A stretch of 64,000 nucleotides of DNA, taken from Rhodoferax sp. (lineage in GTDB: Bacteria > Pseudomonadota > Gammaproteobacteria > Burkholderiales > Burkholderiaceae_C). The notes under the pieces are model-generated. The model was not told the origin of the DNA. It made no database searches and was given only the letters and a program-made list of their open reading frames with translations. This document shows, piece by piece, positions 9,331 to 18,670 of this stretch. The DNA lies in assembly GCA_031431035.1 (NCBI GenBank), contig JANPCR010000182.1, positions 7,675 to 71,674 on the forward strand, in the 5' to 3' direction. Numbering within the stretch: the first letter of the stretch is position 1; every line of letters begins with the position of its first letter. A program made the position numbers and the translations under genes.

Positions 9331-10007
9331 CTCCAAAGTGCCTGTTTTTGCATGATTTCGCCAAACGCTGGGGATTTGCAGAAGTCTGCCAGCCAAGCTT
9401 GCAGCGCGGGCCAAGGCTGGCTGGCAAACCAGTCGGGTTGAACGGCCGCAAATTGGCGGACAAAGGGCGCGATGGCGATGTCTGCCAGTCCGGGGTGCGG
9501 GCCAAACAGTGCGGCTTGGTCTGCCAGGCGGTGGTTCAATTGCGCTGCAAACTGGGCGGCTTGATCGCGGGGACCGTAGGCACTTTGGGCACCTAGAGCA
9601 TCAGCGGTCGCAACGCCCATTGCCTGGCGCTGCGGGTATTTGTAAGCGTCCAGCTGCTGTTTGAATGGCCCGTCACACTGGGCGATCAGCGCCATCGCAT
9701 CCGCCAAAGTCCCGCGCGAGGGCGCGAGCCAACGCAAAGGGTCATGTTGCTGCAAGGCCCACAGCATGATGTCCAGGCTTTCTTCCAGCACCTGGCCGTT
9801 TGGCAAAACCAGCACCGGCACCGTGCCTTTGGGCGACGCTTGCAGCAAGGCGGCGGGTTTGTCGCGCAGCAAGATGTCGCGGTGCTCATAGGCCAACCCG
9901 CTGGCAAGCAAGGCCAAACGCGCCCGCATAGCGTAGGGGCAGCGGCGAAAGCTGTACAAGATGGGCCGCAAGGCTGGGCCGACCGAGGCAGACTGGGTCA
10001 AGGTCAA
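9297..10007 (-). CDS. glutathione S-transferase family protein
   Basis: 236 aa with a GST N-terminal thioredoxin-like region ([17 protein letters not shown]...GTVPVL). The last ~11 codons and the stop lie inside repeat copy A. Confidence 0.8.
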   Translation of the reverse strand: MTLTQSASVGPALRPILYSFRRCPYAMRARLALLASGLAYEHRDILLRDKPAALLQASPKGTVPVLVLPNGQVLEESLDIMLWALQQHDPLRWLAPSRGTLADAMALIAQCDGPFKQQLDAYKYPQRQAMGVATADALGAQSAYGPRDQAAQFAAQLNHRLADQAALFGPHPGLADIAIAPFVRQFAAVQPDWFASQPWPALQAWLADFCKSPAFGEIMQKQALWREKEPAGSFLT

Positions 10008-11095
10008 GCTTGGCCCGTTTTGGGTTCGACTAGGCCTTCGGCTGCGGCCAAGGCTACCGCCGAAGCTGAATCCGGGCCAGAAGCTGAGGATGCGGCGACC
10101 GCCTGGGTCGGCGCTCTGCCCTGCCCCTTGTCTGGCGACATTTTGTCTTGCTGCTTCGCGCCCACATGCGCGGTGCCACGTGCGCGGGCCAGCTCCACCT
10201 GCCGCTGGCGTTCAGCAAATCCTTTTTTCTGGGCCGGGGTTTTGGCGTCAAAACAGTTGGGGCAGCTGATGCCCAATTCATAAAACGGCGACGCCTGCTC
10301 TGCCGCGCCCACCGGATGGCGGCACGAACGGCACAGCGCCAAACTGCCGGGTTGCAGGCCGTGGCCCACCGACACCCGCTCGTCAAACACAAAGCATTCG
10401 CCCGACCACAGGCTCTCTTCTGGGGGCACAGTCTCCAGGTATTTGAGAATACCGCCTTCCAGGTGGTAGACCTCGTCGTAGCCTTGCATGCGCATGAGCG
10501 CGGTGGATTTTTCGCAGCGAATGCCGCCTGTGCAAAACATGGCGATTTTGGTTTTTTTGGCGTTTTTGGCTAAGGAACTGGCCAAAACGCCCCCTGCCAG
10601 CTCTTGCTGCGCCACCCAGGCGGGCAGGTCGGCAAAGGTTTTTAAATTCGGGTCAATCGCGCCTTGAAAGCTGCCAATCTGCACCTCGTAGTCGTTGCGG
10701 GTGTCTACCACCAGCACGCTGGGGTCGCTGATGAGCGCGTTCCAGTCGGCGGGCTTCACATAGGTGCCGGCCATCAGCGTGGGGCTGACCCCGGGCACGC
10801 CGAGGGTCACAATTTCTTTCTTCAGCCGCACTTTCATCCGCAAAAACGGCGGCTCGTCGGCCCAAGCGACTTTGTGAGCCAAATCGGCCAGTCGCGGGTC
10901 GCTTTTCAGATGATCCAAAACCACTTGCACGCCCTCCTGGGCCCCGGCGATGGTGCCGTTGATGCCTTCGGACGCCAACAGCAGCGTGCCTTTGACCTCA
11001 TTCGCGTCGCAAACAGCCTGCAAAGGCGGTTTCAGATCGGCAAAGTCGGGCAAGGCGACAAATTTGTACAAGGCGGCGGTGAGAAAGCGGGGCAT
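10004..11095 (-). CDS. trhO: rhodanese-domain tRNA uridine(34) hydroxylase TrhO (UPF0176/YceA)
   Basis: [17 protein letters not shown]... N-terminus, rhodanese CTGGIRCEK active site, Cys-rich C-terminal module. ATG at 11095 preferred; the ORF is open to 11221. Confidence 0.85.
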   Translation of the reverse strand: MPRFLTAALYKFVALPDFADLKPPLQAVCDANEVKGTLLLASEGINGTIAGAQEGVQVVLDHLKSDPRLADLAHKVAWADEPPFLRMKVRLKKEIVTLGVPGVSPTLMAGTYVKPADWNALISDPSVLVVDTRNDYEVQIGSFQGAIDPNLKTFADLPAWVAQQELAGGVLASSLAKNAKKTKIAMFCTGGIRCEKSTALMRMQGYDEVYHLEGGILKYLETVPPEESLWSGECFVFDERVSVGHGLQPGSLALCRSCRHPVGAAEQASPFYELGISCPNCFDAKTPAQKKGFAERQRQVELARARGTAHVGAKQQDKMSPDKGQGRAPTQAVAASSASGPDSASAVALAAAEGLVEPKTGQA

Positions 11096-11171
11096 GGGCT
11101 GGAAATCTAAACAAACTGGGCAAGAGGCCTGAATTGTCCCCCATCGCTGCGCAAGGCGGACGGCAAATGCA

Positions 11172-12446
11172 CTACAAGGGCCGCACGGCGCTCGGGTCGG
11201 GCCGTTGCAGCCACGCCGCAAATTCGTCCGCCAACTGCTGGCTGGCCCGGGCGGCGGTTGTCCAGGCCTTCACGCGGCCTGCCAGGTCGTTGCCATAGCG
11301 GGTGAAATCGCCGCGATCCGGCAGTTTTCCGTTGGGCAGCGTGCGCACCCAGTCAGGGTTGGGGGCCAAGAGCAGCACATTGTCCAGGTGGTGAGTGGCT
11401 TTGTGCCGCCATTTCAGGCCTTTGTCCAACCAACCGGGCACCACGGCTTTTTGAAAATGTGGGTAGAGAACCAGAGGCGCAGAAGTCACATTTTTTGAAA
11501 GTGATATCACCGGTGATGTGACTTTTGACTCAGAGGCAGCTTCGGGCTCATTTAATGAGTCTTTTAGGCCTCTAGCTCTCGAAGAATGGCCATTGTTTGC
11601 TATAATATTAGTAGCATTTGGCTGAGATGCCAATTGTCCAGGCGCTCGGCCTGCGGGGCCGACGTTCGCGTAGTTCAAATGCAAGTGGTAATCGGTGATT
11701 CCGCCATCCCAATACGCCCCAGGCGGCGCGCCCGGAATGTTGCGCACCGACTGCAATACGAACGGAATCGAACAGCTGGCCTGCAGCGCTTGCATGAAAT
11801 TGGCATCGGTCAGGGGCACTTGGCGGGTGGCAAAATCAGCCGTGCCAAAGGGCAAAGGGGCCGATTGGCTGGAAAAAACCACCCGCTCCAGCCACGCGCC
11901 CAGCGCTTTGCGGTGCAATCCATTCGCTAAAAACGCGCCCAAATAGCCCAGTGGCGTGCGCAGGCGCTGCTCCCGCGCCAGCAGATGCCGCCCGCGCGAG
12001 GTGATGACGTGCAGGCGATACCTTGGGTTGTGCAAGACCTCAAACACGCGGCCGCCGTAAAAATCTTCCAGGCTGGCACCAAACTTTTCGCTGACAAACT
12101 GGGCCGAAACCCGCTTTTGACCGGGCAGCAGCTCGTAATGCTGGTGAATGTAATCGTGCTCCAGCCGCTCAAAAGCTTGCACGTTGGTCGACTGCCCGGG
12201 GGGATTTCCATGGCCCAAACAGGCCGTCGCCATGCGCCACGCCCCAATGGACGCGCCCACCAGATTTACCACATGGGTCGATGGCGCCAGAAATTCTCCA
12301 AAAATCAGCCGGTCCAGCGGCCCCAAAATTAATCCCTTGGGGCCACCCGCCGCCCCAGCCAGGGTACCAATGTCAGCCGCTTGAAGGCCTCGGTTTTGAA
12401 TATGGCGAAGCGCTGTGGGCCCCGCGTACAGGCAAAGTGCTTGCAC
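11172..12446 (-). CDS. patatin-like phospholipase family protein (carries an in-frame repeat insertion)
   Basis: GASIGAW (GxSxG) nucleophile elbow and WDGGITDY (DG) motif. GTG start. Residues SQPNATNII...SKNVTS are encoded by repeat copy B read antisense. Confidence 0.8.
   Translation of the reverse strand: MQALCLYAGPTALRHIQNRGLQAADIGTLAGAAGGPKGLILGPLDRLIFGEFLAPSTHVVNLVGASIGAWRMATACLGHGNPPGQSTNVQAFERLEHDYIHQHYELLPGQKRVSAQFVSEKFGASLEDFYGGRVFEVLHNPRYRLHVITSRGRHLLAREQRLRTPLGYLGAFLANGLHRKALGAWLERVVFSSQSAPLPFGTADFATRQVPLTDANFMQALQASCSIPFVLQSVRNIPGAPPGAYWDGGITDYHLHLNYANVGPAGRAPGQLASQPNATNIIANNGHSSRARGLKDSLNEPEAASESKVTSPVISLSKNVTSAPLVLYPHFQKAVVPGWLDKGLKWRHKATHHLDNVLLLAPNPDWVRTLPNGKLPDRGDFTRYGNDLAGRVKAWTTAARASQQLADEFAAWLQRPDPSAVRPL
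11485..11622 (+). repeat. AT-rich modular repeat, copy B (inside the patatin CDS)
   Basis: Hairpin around ATCACCGGTGAT (11485-11522). Box1 GCCTCTAGCTCTC at 11568-11580. Degenerate box2 ATTGTTTGCTAT at 11592-11603. Box3 GTAGCAT at 11611-11617. Confidence 0.85.
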
Positions 12447-12463
12447 AGCGGCTCAGGGCCCGA

Positions 12464-13288
12464 TCACGGCATGACCCGACCAGGCATTTGGGCGCTCCAG
12501 TCAATCGGGTCTTGCTGCAACACCATGTCGATGTCCAGCTTCATGATGTCGCCGACCTCGCCCGGAAAGGTCACGGCCATGCCGCGCTGGTCCAACCCCG
12601 CCTCTTTGGCGCGGGCACGCCAGGTGGCCAGGTGAATAACGCCTGCCAGCGGTTCGTACACGTCTTGCTCAAACGGCTCGCTTTGGTGCTCCAGCGCATC
12701 CACAATGCGACTCGGAAACTGCCACATGCGCGCATAGCCCGCGCCCACATGGCCATAGCAATAGCCAAAGGCCTGCATTTCCAGACTGGCGCGGCGCAGG
12801 CCCAAGGGTGCGGTGTCGCGGTTCAACACTGCAATTTTTTCCGGCATGGCCAGGTGCATGGCCAGTTCGCCCACCGCGTGAATCAGGCCAATGGTGAAGG
12901 CCGCTTGCTGGTTTTGCCGTACCACGCCCGCCAATGACCGCGACACCTTGGCCACGTTCAGGCTGTAGCTCCAAAATTGCTGCAAGTTAATGCCAGCGAC
13001 CGCCTTGAACGAGCTGCCGCCAGCTGCCTGCGCCGTCATGGCCCGCACGTGTTTTAAACCCAATATCGCCAAGGACTCCGACACGCTGTTGATCGTGTGG
13101 GCCAGCCGGTAGTCGTCGGAATTCGAGATTTGCAGCAGGCGGGTGGTCAAAGCCGGGTCCGTGCTGACCAATTGCGACACTTTCTTCAGGTCGGGCTCGT
13201 CTTTGTCCAGTTCGCTGAGCAACAGCGCCACCACCCTCGGGATGCTGGGTAAATTGAACTGCAGGGCCAGCAGCGCATTCAACTCCAT
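12464..13288 (-). CDS. HDOD domain-containing signalling protein
   Basis: 274 aa. The N-terminal LPSIPRVVALLLSEL...VSTDPALTTRLLQISNS stretch is typical of HDOD domains. Confidence 0.8.
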   Translation of the reverse strand: MELNALLALQFNLPSIPRVVALLLSELDKDEPDLKKVSQLVSTDPALTTRLLQISNSDDYRLAHTINSVSESLAILGLKHVRAMTAQAAGGSSFKAVAGINLQQFWSYSLNVAKVSRSLAGVVRQNQQAAFTIGLIHAVGELAMHLAMPEKIAVLNRDTAPLGLRRASLEMQAFGYCYGHVGAGYARMWQFPSRIVDALEHQSEPFEQDVYEPLAGVIHLATWRARAKEAGLDQRGMAVTFPGEVGDIMKLDIDMVLQQDPIDWSAQMPGRVMP

Positions 13289-13488
13289 GACGATTGATCT
13301 CCAGACAGTGGTAAACCCGGCAACCCAGTGAGCGGATGACAGGCCTTTGCCCGAGTGCCGCGCTGGGTTTTCAACATTATGTATCTGTATCGCTTTGTAT
13401 CTGTCGCATTGTGGCTGCCCCGCACGCAGTGCTTGGCTCGCAGATCAAACTTTCGTGACAAAACACCGCCCAAGCCTTCAATTTGCCC

Positions 13489-15945
13489 TCAAGGCTTGAG
13501 CTTGGCAAATGCCGAGGCCATGGCGGTCGATTGGGGCGCTGACTGGCCCGCGCCGCCCTGACTGCCTGAACCGCCACGTCCATGTTGCCCACCGCCGTAC
13601 CCGCCACCGCCACCGCCACCGCCTCCGCCACGTTGATTGCCCGCTGGTTGAAAGCGGTTGTCATGCCCGTCTTGTCGTCGGCCAGCGGTTTCACCTGGCT
13701 TCTGGCCTAACTTCATGGTCAAGGCGATGCGCTTGCGAGCGACGTCAACCTCAACCACCTGCACTTTCACAATGTCGCCCGTTTTAACGACTTCGCGCGC
13801 GTCGGTGACAAATTTGTGGCTCAACTGGCTCACATGCACCAGCCCATCCTGGTGAACCCCCAAATCTACAAAAGCACCAAACGCCGCCACGTTACTGACC
13901 GTGCCCTCCAGCACCATGCCCTCTTTCAGGTCTTTGATGTCTTCCAAGCCATCGTTAAAACGCGCCACTTTGAAGTCTGGGCGCGGGTCGCGGCCTGGTT
14001 TTTCCAGCTCGGTCAAAATGTCTTTGACGGTGATCACGCCAAACTGCGCGTTGGCAAACAGTTCGGGGCGCAAAGTCTTCAGCATGTCGGCGCGGCCCAT
14101 CAGACTGGCCACCGGTTGGCCCACTTTGGCAATGATTTGCTCGACCACGGGGTAAGTCTCGGGGTGAACGCCGGTCACGTCCAGCGGGTTGCTGCCGCCC
14201 CGAATCCGCAAAAACCCGGCGCTTTGCTCAAAAGTTTTGGCACCCAGGCCGGACACTTCAAGCAATTGCTGACGCGAACTGAAGGCGCCATGGGTCTCGC
14301 GCCAACGCACCACCGATTTCGCCACGCTGGCGCTCAGGCCCGACACGCGGGACAGCAAAGGCACGCTGGCGGTGTTGAGGTCCACGCCCACGGAATTCAC
14401 GCAGTCTTCCACCACGGTTTCAAGGCAGCGGGCCAAATCGCTTTGGTTCACGTCGTGTTGGTACTGCCCCACGCCAATGGATTTGGGGTCAATCTTGACC
14501 AATTCGGCCAGCGGGTCTTGCAGCCGCCTTGCAATGCTGGCGGCACCGCGCAGGCTCACGTCCACATCAGGCATTTCCTGGCTGGCAAATTCGCTGGCCG
14601 AATAGACCGAGGCCCCGGCTTCGCTGACCACCACTTTGTCAATCGTGCGGTCTGAGACTTTGGCCATCAGTTTGATCAAGTCAGACGCCAGTTTGTCGGT
14701 TTCGCGGCTGGCCGTGCCGTTGCCAATGGCGATCAGGTTCACGCCGTGCTTTTCGCACAACTTGCCCAAAACGTGCAAAGAGCCTTCCCAGTCTTTGCGC
14801 GGCTCGTGCGGGAACACCGTGGTCACATCGACCAGTTTGCCAGTGGCGTCCACCACGGCCACCTTCACACCGGTGCGAATGCCGGGGTCTAGCCCCATGA
14901 CGGTTTTGGCCCCAGCGGGGGCGGCCAGCAATAAATCGCGCAGGTTGTCGGCAAACACTTTGATGGCAACTTTTTCGGCCGATTCGCGCAGGCGGGCGAA
15001 CAAATCGCGTTCGGTCGACAGGCTGAGCTTGACGCGCCACGTCCAGGCGACGCATTTGCGAATCAAGTCGTCGGCTGGGCGGTTTTGGTGTCGCCAGTTC
15101 AAACCCAGCGCAATGCGGGCTTCAGCCAGGCTGACAGGAGCTTTGGCGGCGCCCGTGGCGGGGGCAGCCGCCGCACCTTCTGGCTCAGGCAACACCAGCT
15201 TGGCGTCCAAAATATCGAGGGCACGGCCCCTAAACACAGCCAAAGCGCGGTGCGACGGCACCCGGCCAATCGGTTCGTCGTAGTCAAAATAATCGCGAAA
15301 TTTGGCCACGTCGGCGTTGTTTTCGTCTTTGCCAGTCATCAAGCCCGACTTGAACAAGCCCGACTGCCACAGCCATTCGCGCAGGGCTTGCACCAGTTGC
15401 GGGTCTTCCGCCCAGCGCTCGCTCAACAAATCGCGCACACCGTCCAGCACGGCGGGCACGGTCGAAAAATCGGGTTGTTTGTCCTCTCCTTCGACCACAG
15501 GCTTCAGGGCAATCACGTAGGCTTGCGCTTCGTCGGCGGGGTTCAAAGTGGGGTTGGCAAACAGAGCGTCAGCCAATGGTTCCAGCCCAGACTCGCGGGC
15601 CAATTGCCCTTTGGTGCGGCGTTTTTGTTTGAAAGGCAAGTACAGGTCTTCCAGCGCTTGCTTGGTCGGCGCTGAAACCAGTGCCGCCATCAGGGTTGGC
15701 GTCATCTTGCCCTGCTCTTCAATGATGCCGATCACAGCTTGCAGGCGGTCCCGCAGCTCGCGCAGGTAAGACAGCCGAATTTCCAGCTCGCGCAGTTGAA
15801 TGTCGTCCAGCCCGCCAGTCACCTCTTTGCGATAGCGGGCAATGAAGGGCACCGTGGCGCCGCCATCGAGCAAATCGACGGCAGTTTGGACTTGGTTGGG
15901 CTGAACTTTGATTTCTTGCGCGATTTGCGCGATGATTTTTTGCAT
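13489..15945 (-). CDS. tex: transcription accessory protein Tex (S1 RNA-binding domain protein YhgF)
   Basis: 818 aa. N-terminal Tex helix-turn-helix, YqgF-like and HhH regions and a C-terminal S1 domain (GMVLEGTVSNVAAFGAFVDLG), followed by a Gly-rich tail. Confidence 0.92.
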   Translation of the reverse strand: MQKIIAQIAQEIKVQPNQVQTAVDLLDGGATVPFIARYRKEVTGGLDDIQLRELEIRLSYLRELRDRLQAVIGIIEEQGKMTPTLMAALVSAPTKQALEDLYLPFKQKRRTKGQLARESGLEPLADALFANPTLNPADEAQAYVIALKPVVEGEDKQPDFSTVPAVLDGVRDLLSERWAEDPQLVQALREWLWQSGLFKSGLMTGKDENNADVAKFRDYFDYDEPIGRVPSHRALAVFRGRALDILDAKLVLPEPEGAAAAPATGAAKAPVSLAEARIALGLNWRHQNRPADDLIRKCVAWTWRVKLSLSTERDLFARLRESAEKVAIKVFADNLRDLLLAAPAGAKTVMGLDPGIRTGVKVAVVDATGKLVDVTTVFPHEPRKDWEGSLHVLGKLCEKHGVNLIAIGNGTASRETDKLASDLIKLMAKVSDRTIDKVVVSEAGASVYSASEFASQEMPDVDVSLRGAASIARRLQDPLAELVKIDPKSIGVGQYQHDVNQSDLARCLETVVEDCVNSVGVDLNTASVPLLSRVSGLSASVAKSVVRWRETHGAFSSRQQLLEVSGLGAKTFEQSAGFLRIRGGSNPLDVTGVHPETYPVVEQIIAKVGQPVASLMGRADMLKTLRPELFANAQFGVITVKDILTELEKPGRDPRPDFKVARFNDGLEDIKDLKEGMVLEGTVSNVAAFGAFVDLGVHQDGLVHVSQLSHKFVTDAREVVKTGDIVKVQVVEVDVARKRIALTMKLGQKPGETAGRRQDGHDNRFQPAGNQRGGGGGGGGGGYGGGQHGRGGSGSQGGAGQSAPQSTAMASAFAKLKP

Positions 15946-16010
15946 GAATGTAAGAACGAAGGCGAAGCTGGCGACTCAAAAAACGAGGGGTAGCGAGGAA
16001 ATAGTCTGCG

Positions 16011-16186
16011 CTTCCCTAGGGAAGCTCTGCATAACTCATCGCGGAATCGTGTAGTGCCGGCTCGGGATGGGATGCAAGGCGGTTTTTGCAGCAAATATCG
16101 AGAATATTTGCAAAAAAACCAACGCCGCAGACCGCCCGAGGCCGGACTTCACGAGCCGCGAGGGGTTATGCAGACCTTCCCTAGGT
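16011..16186. repeat. GC-rich inverted-repeat element with central hairpin
   Basis: Arms of about 52 bp at 16015-16066 and 16133-16185, roughly 80-85% complementary. Perfect 14-bp palindrome CTTCCCTAGGGAAG at 16011-16024. Central hairpin at 16081-16120. Confidence 0.8.
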
Positions 16187-16318
16187 GTCCGGCAGAGCGG
16201 ATCAGGTCGCAAAAAAGGGGCTAAACAGTGAACGAGGCCGCGAGTTTGCCACAGCCCGACGGCCGTTTTGGCACAACCCGGCAAGCGGGCCCTTCAATTG
16301 AGGACGTGAGGTATCACA

Positions 16319-17155
16319 ATGTTTCAAATCTCGCCCAAAATCTTGACAAAAAGCCTGTTGAAGCAGACGAAAAAAATCAGCTTTCAGCTGGCTGCTTTCT
16401 CTGTCACGGCTCCTTTGTTGACCTATTTGCCCATTGCCCACGCGCTGGAGGCCTGTTTGGCCCAGTCTGGCCCCAACCGGGCGGCGGTGGTCGAGCTTTA
16501 CACCTCCGAAGGTTGTAGTTCATGCCCACCTGCGGACAAATGGCTGTCGACTCTGAAAAGCACCGCCCGCGACCAAGGCACCGTTATTCAGGCCTTCCAT
16601 GTGGGTTACTGGGACTACATTGGGTGGGTGGATCGCTTTGCCAGCCCGGCGCACACCACGCGGCAAAGAAAAATCGCGGCGTTGAACAGGCAAGATTCCA
16701 TCTATACCCCCCAAGCGGTGCTGGATGGGCGCGACTGGCGAAATTGGCATAATTCCGGGGGAGTGCCCGCGGCCAAAGAATTGGCGGGTGCCAGCATTGT
16801 GTTGCGGCAAGTGGCACTTGACCAGTTTGAAGCCACCGTCACGCCTGCGTCCAACCCAGCGGGGGTTGCAGGGGCAGCGAACACGTCAGGCGTGTGGTCT
16901 GCGTATTGGACGGTGACCGAGCACGGGCACTCGTCCAAGGTAAAGTCTGGTGAAAACGCAGGCGAGGTGCTGCATCATGACTTTGTGGTGCGCCAGTACA
17001 CGGCAGTGGGCGACTACCCGCTTGACGCAAAAACGCCACAAAAACTAAGCTGGCGCAGCATTGCCGCCACACCTGGCCACGCACGCCAAGTCAATCTGGT
17101 GGTGTTCAACCCCAAAACTGGCAAAACACTGCAGGCCGTGTCGGCGCCCTGTTAA
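16319..17155 (+). CDS. DUF1223 domain-containing secreted protein (thioredoxin-like)
   Basis: Signal peptide, then the ELYTSEGCSSCPPADKWL motif characteristic of DUF1223. GAGG RBS upstream of the ATG. Confidence 0.8.
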   Translation: MFQISPKILTKSLLKQTKKISFQLAAFSVTAPLLTYLPIAHALEACLAQSGPNRAAVVELYTSEGCSSCPPADKWLSTLKSTARDQGTVIQAFHVGYWDYIGWVDRFASPAHTTRQRKIAALNRQDSIYTPQAVLDGRDWRNWHNSGGVPAAKELAGASIVLRQVALDQFEATVTPASNPAGVAGAANTSGVWSAYWTVTEHGHSSKVKSGENAGEVLHHDFVVRQYTAVGDYPLDAKTPQKLSWRSIAATPGHARQVNLVVFNPKTGKTLQAVSAPC

Positions 17156-17375
17156 CAAGGCGGTTGCGGCTGGCACCATGCAACTTGGTGGGCTGAGCCG
17201 CCGGGCCAGTTTCGCGTTGACATGCGAGAGCCTTGTCAGGCAAATTCCTACTTGGACTTCATCCAATTCCCGACTTCAAACATTGGGACGTTACATCTAC
17301 ATTTGCTTTCATGTTGTGCACCACCCAGGTGGGCACGCCAGATTCAAACCGATGCAATGTGCAAGGAGCAGCGCC

Positions 17376-18194
17376 ATGATGAAGCAACCAGGCCCCATAG
17401 TTACCCGCCTCAACCGTATCACGACCGGTGACCTGCCCCTTGGCTCGCGGATCCGGGTGGGCAACTCAACCGAAGACGAGCCGCTGAACTCGCCCAAAAT
17501 GATCGAAGAGGTTCTGCCCTTCACCGTGCGTTTGGTGGGCGACGACAAAGACCTGAAAAAGGCCGTGCAAATTCGCCACTCGGCCTATGCGCGGCATTTG
17601 CCCGGATTTGCCGAAACCCTGAAAACCCCCGAATCGGTGGACAGTGACGACGGCGTGGTGGTGTTGCTTGCCGAGTCCAAACTGGATGGTTCGCCCCTGG
17701 GCACCATGCGCATTCAAACCAATGAATTCAAGCCACTGAGCCTAGAGCAATCAATCGCCCTGCCCGACTGGATGAAAGGCCACCGCCTGGCCGAAGCGAC
17801 CCGACTGGGCGTGACGGACGGCAAAGGCGGGCGTTTGGTGACCACGGTGTTGTTCAAGGCCTTTTATTTGTATTGCAAGTTGACGGGTATCGAGTGGATG
17901 GTGATCACCGGGCGCTCGCCCATTGACCGCCAGTACGAACGGATGCTGTTCGAAGACGTGTTCCCAGGCGTGGGTTACATTCCTTTGGCGCATGTGGGCA
18001 ACCTGCCGCATCGCATCATGAGTTCGAGCGTTGAAACCGCCGAGGCGCGCTGGACGATGGCGAAAAACCCCTTGTTCGACTTCGCGTTTCGCACCTTTCA
18101 CCCCGATATTGAGCTCGGTGAGCGCCGCTCGCCGCGTTTTTCTCCAACCGCGGTACAAATCCCAAGAACCACCACCGCCAAATACACCATGTGA
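17376..18194 (+). CDS. GNAT-fold N-acyltransferase (FeeM/OlsB/LuxI-like N-acyl amino acid synthase family)
   Basis: AAGGAG RBS 8 nt upstream of ATG 17376. The pattern AVQIRHSAYA...DSDDGVVVLLAES..GSPLGTMRIQ...EATRLGV resembles Acetyltransf_5/FeeM-type enzymes. Family-level call only. Confidence 0.5.
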   Translation: MMKQPGPIVTRLNRITTGDLPLGSRIRVGNSTEDEPLNSPKMIEEVLPFTVRLVGDDKDLKKAVQIRHSAYARHLPGFAETLKTPESVDSDDGVVVLLAESKLDGSPLGTMRIQTNEFKPLSLEQSIALPDWMKGHRLAEATRLGVTDGKGGRLVTTVLFKAFYLYCKLTGIEWMVITGRSPIDRQYERMLFEDVFPGVGYIPLAHVGNLPHRIMSSSVETAEARWTMAKNPLFDFAFRTFHPDIELGERRSPRFSPTAVQIPRTTTAKYTM

Positions 18195-18670
18195 ATGGGC
18201 CGCCCAACCCTAGAGGTTGCGCGGGACGCTCTGTCATCCTTGGTTTTAGCGATTCAGCGCCAATTTGCTCGAAGCTGCCATGAGCTTGGTGATTGTGCTT
18301 GGCACTTGAACCTGACACTTGAACCTGACGTCAGCAATGGTTCTGGCAAACATCAGTCAGCTCTGATTTTTTGCCCGATTCGGCCACCATCCAGTGGGTT
18401 TGCTTGATGTTTCACATCAGATTTGGCAAGCAACTTGATGATTTTCCTGTTGTTTTTAAATAACGACAAGTAACGCCAGGTGACGAATTCTCTTGTAGGC
18501 AACATCCACTCGGTGTACCGTCTACCTCTGCCTGAGCCAAATTGACCTGAAGAAGATCGGGTTGGTTTGGGCTTACCAAAAACTACAAGTCGTTGAGAAT
18601 TATTTCAGGGTTCTGCCGCCCAGACCTTTAGGTCTGACGTTCGACGGTCCGGTGCGGAGACACGTGCAAA

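Noticed and set aside
17061-17375. N-terminal 105-codon extension of the acyltransferase ORF, which overlaps the DUF1223 gene
   Set aside because: The extension overlaps the 3' end of the DUF1223 gene and is Arg/Cys/His-rich. A strong AAGGAG RBS precedes the internal ATG at 17376, where the family-like sequence begins.
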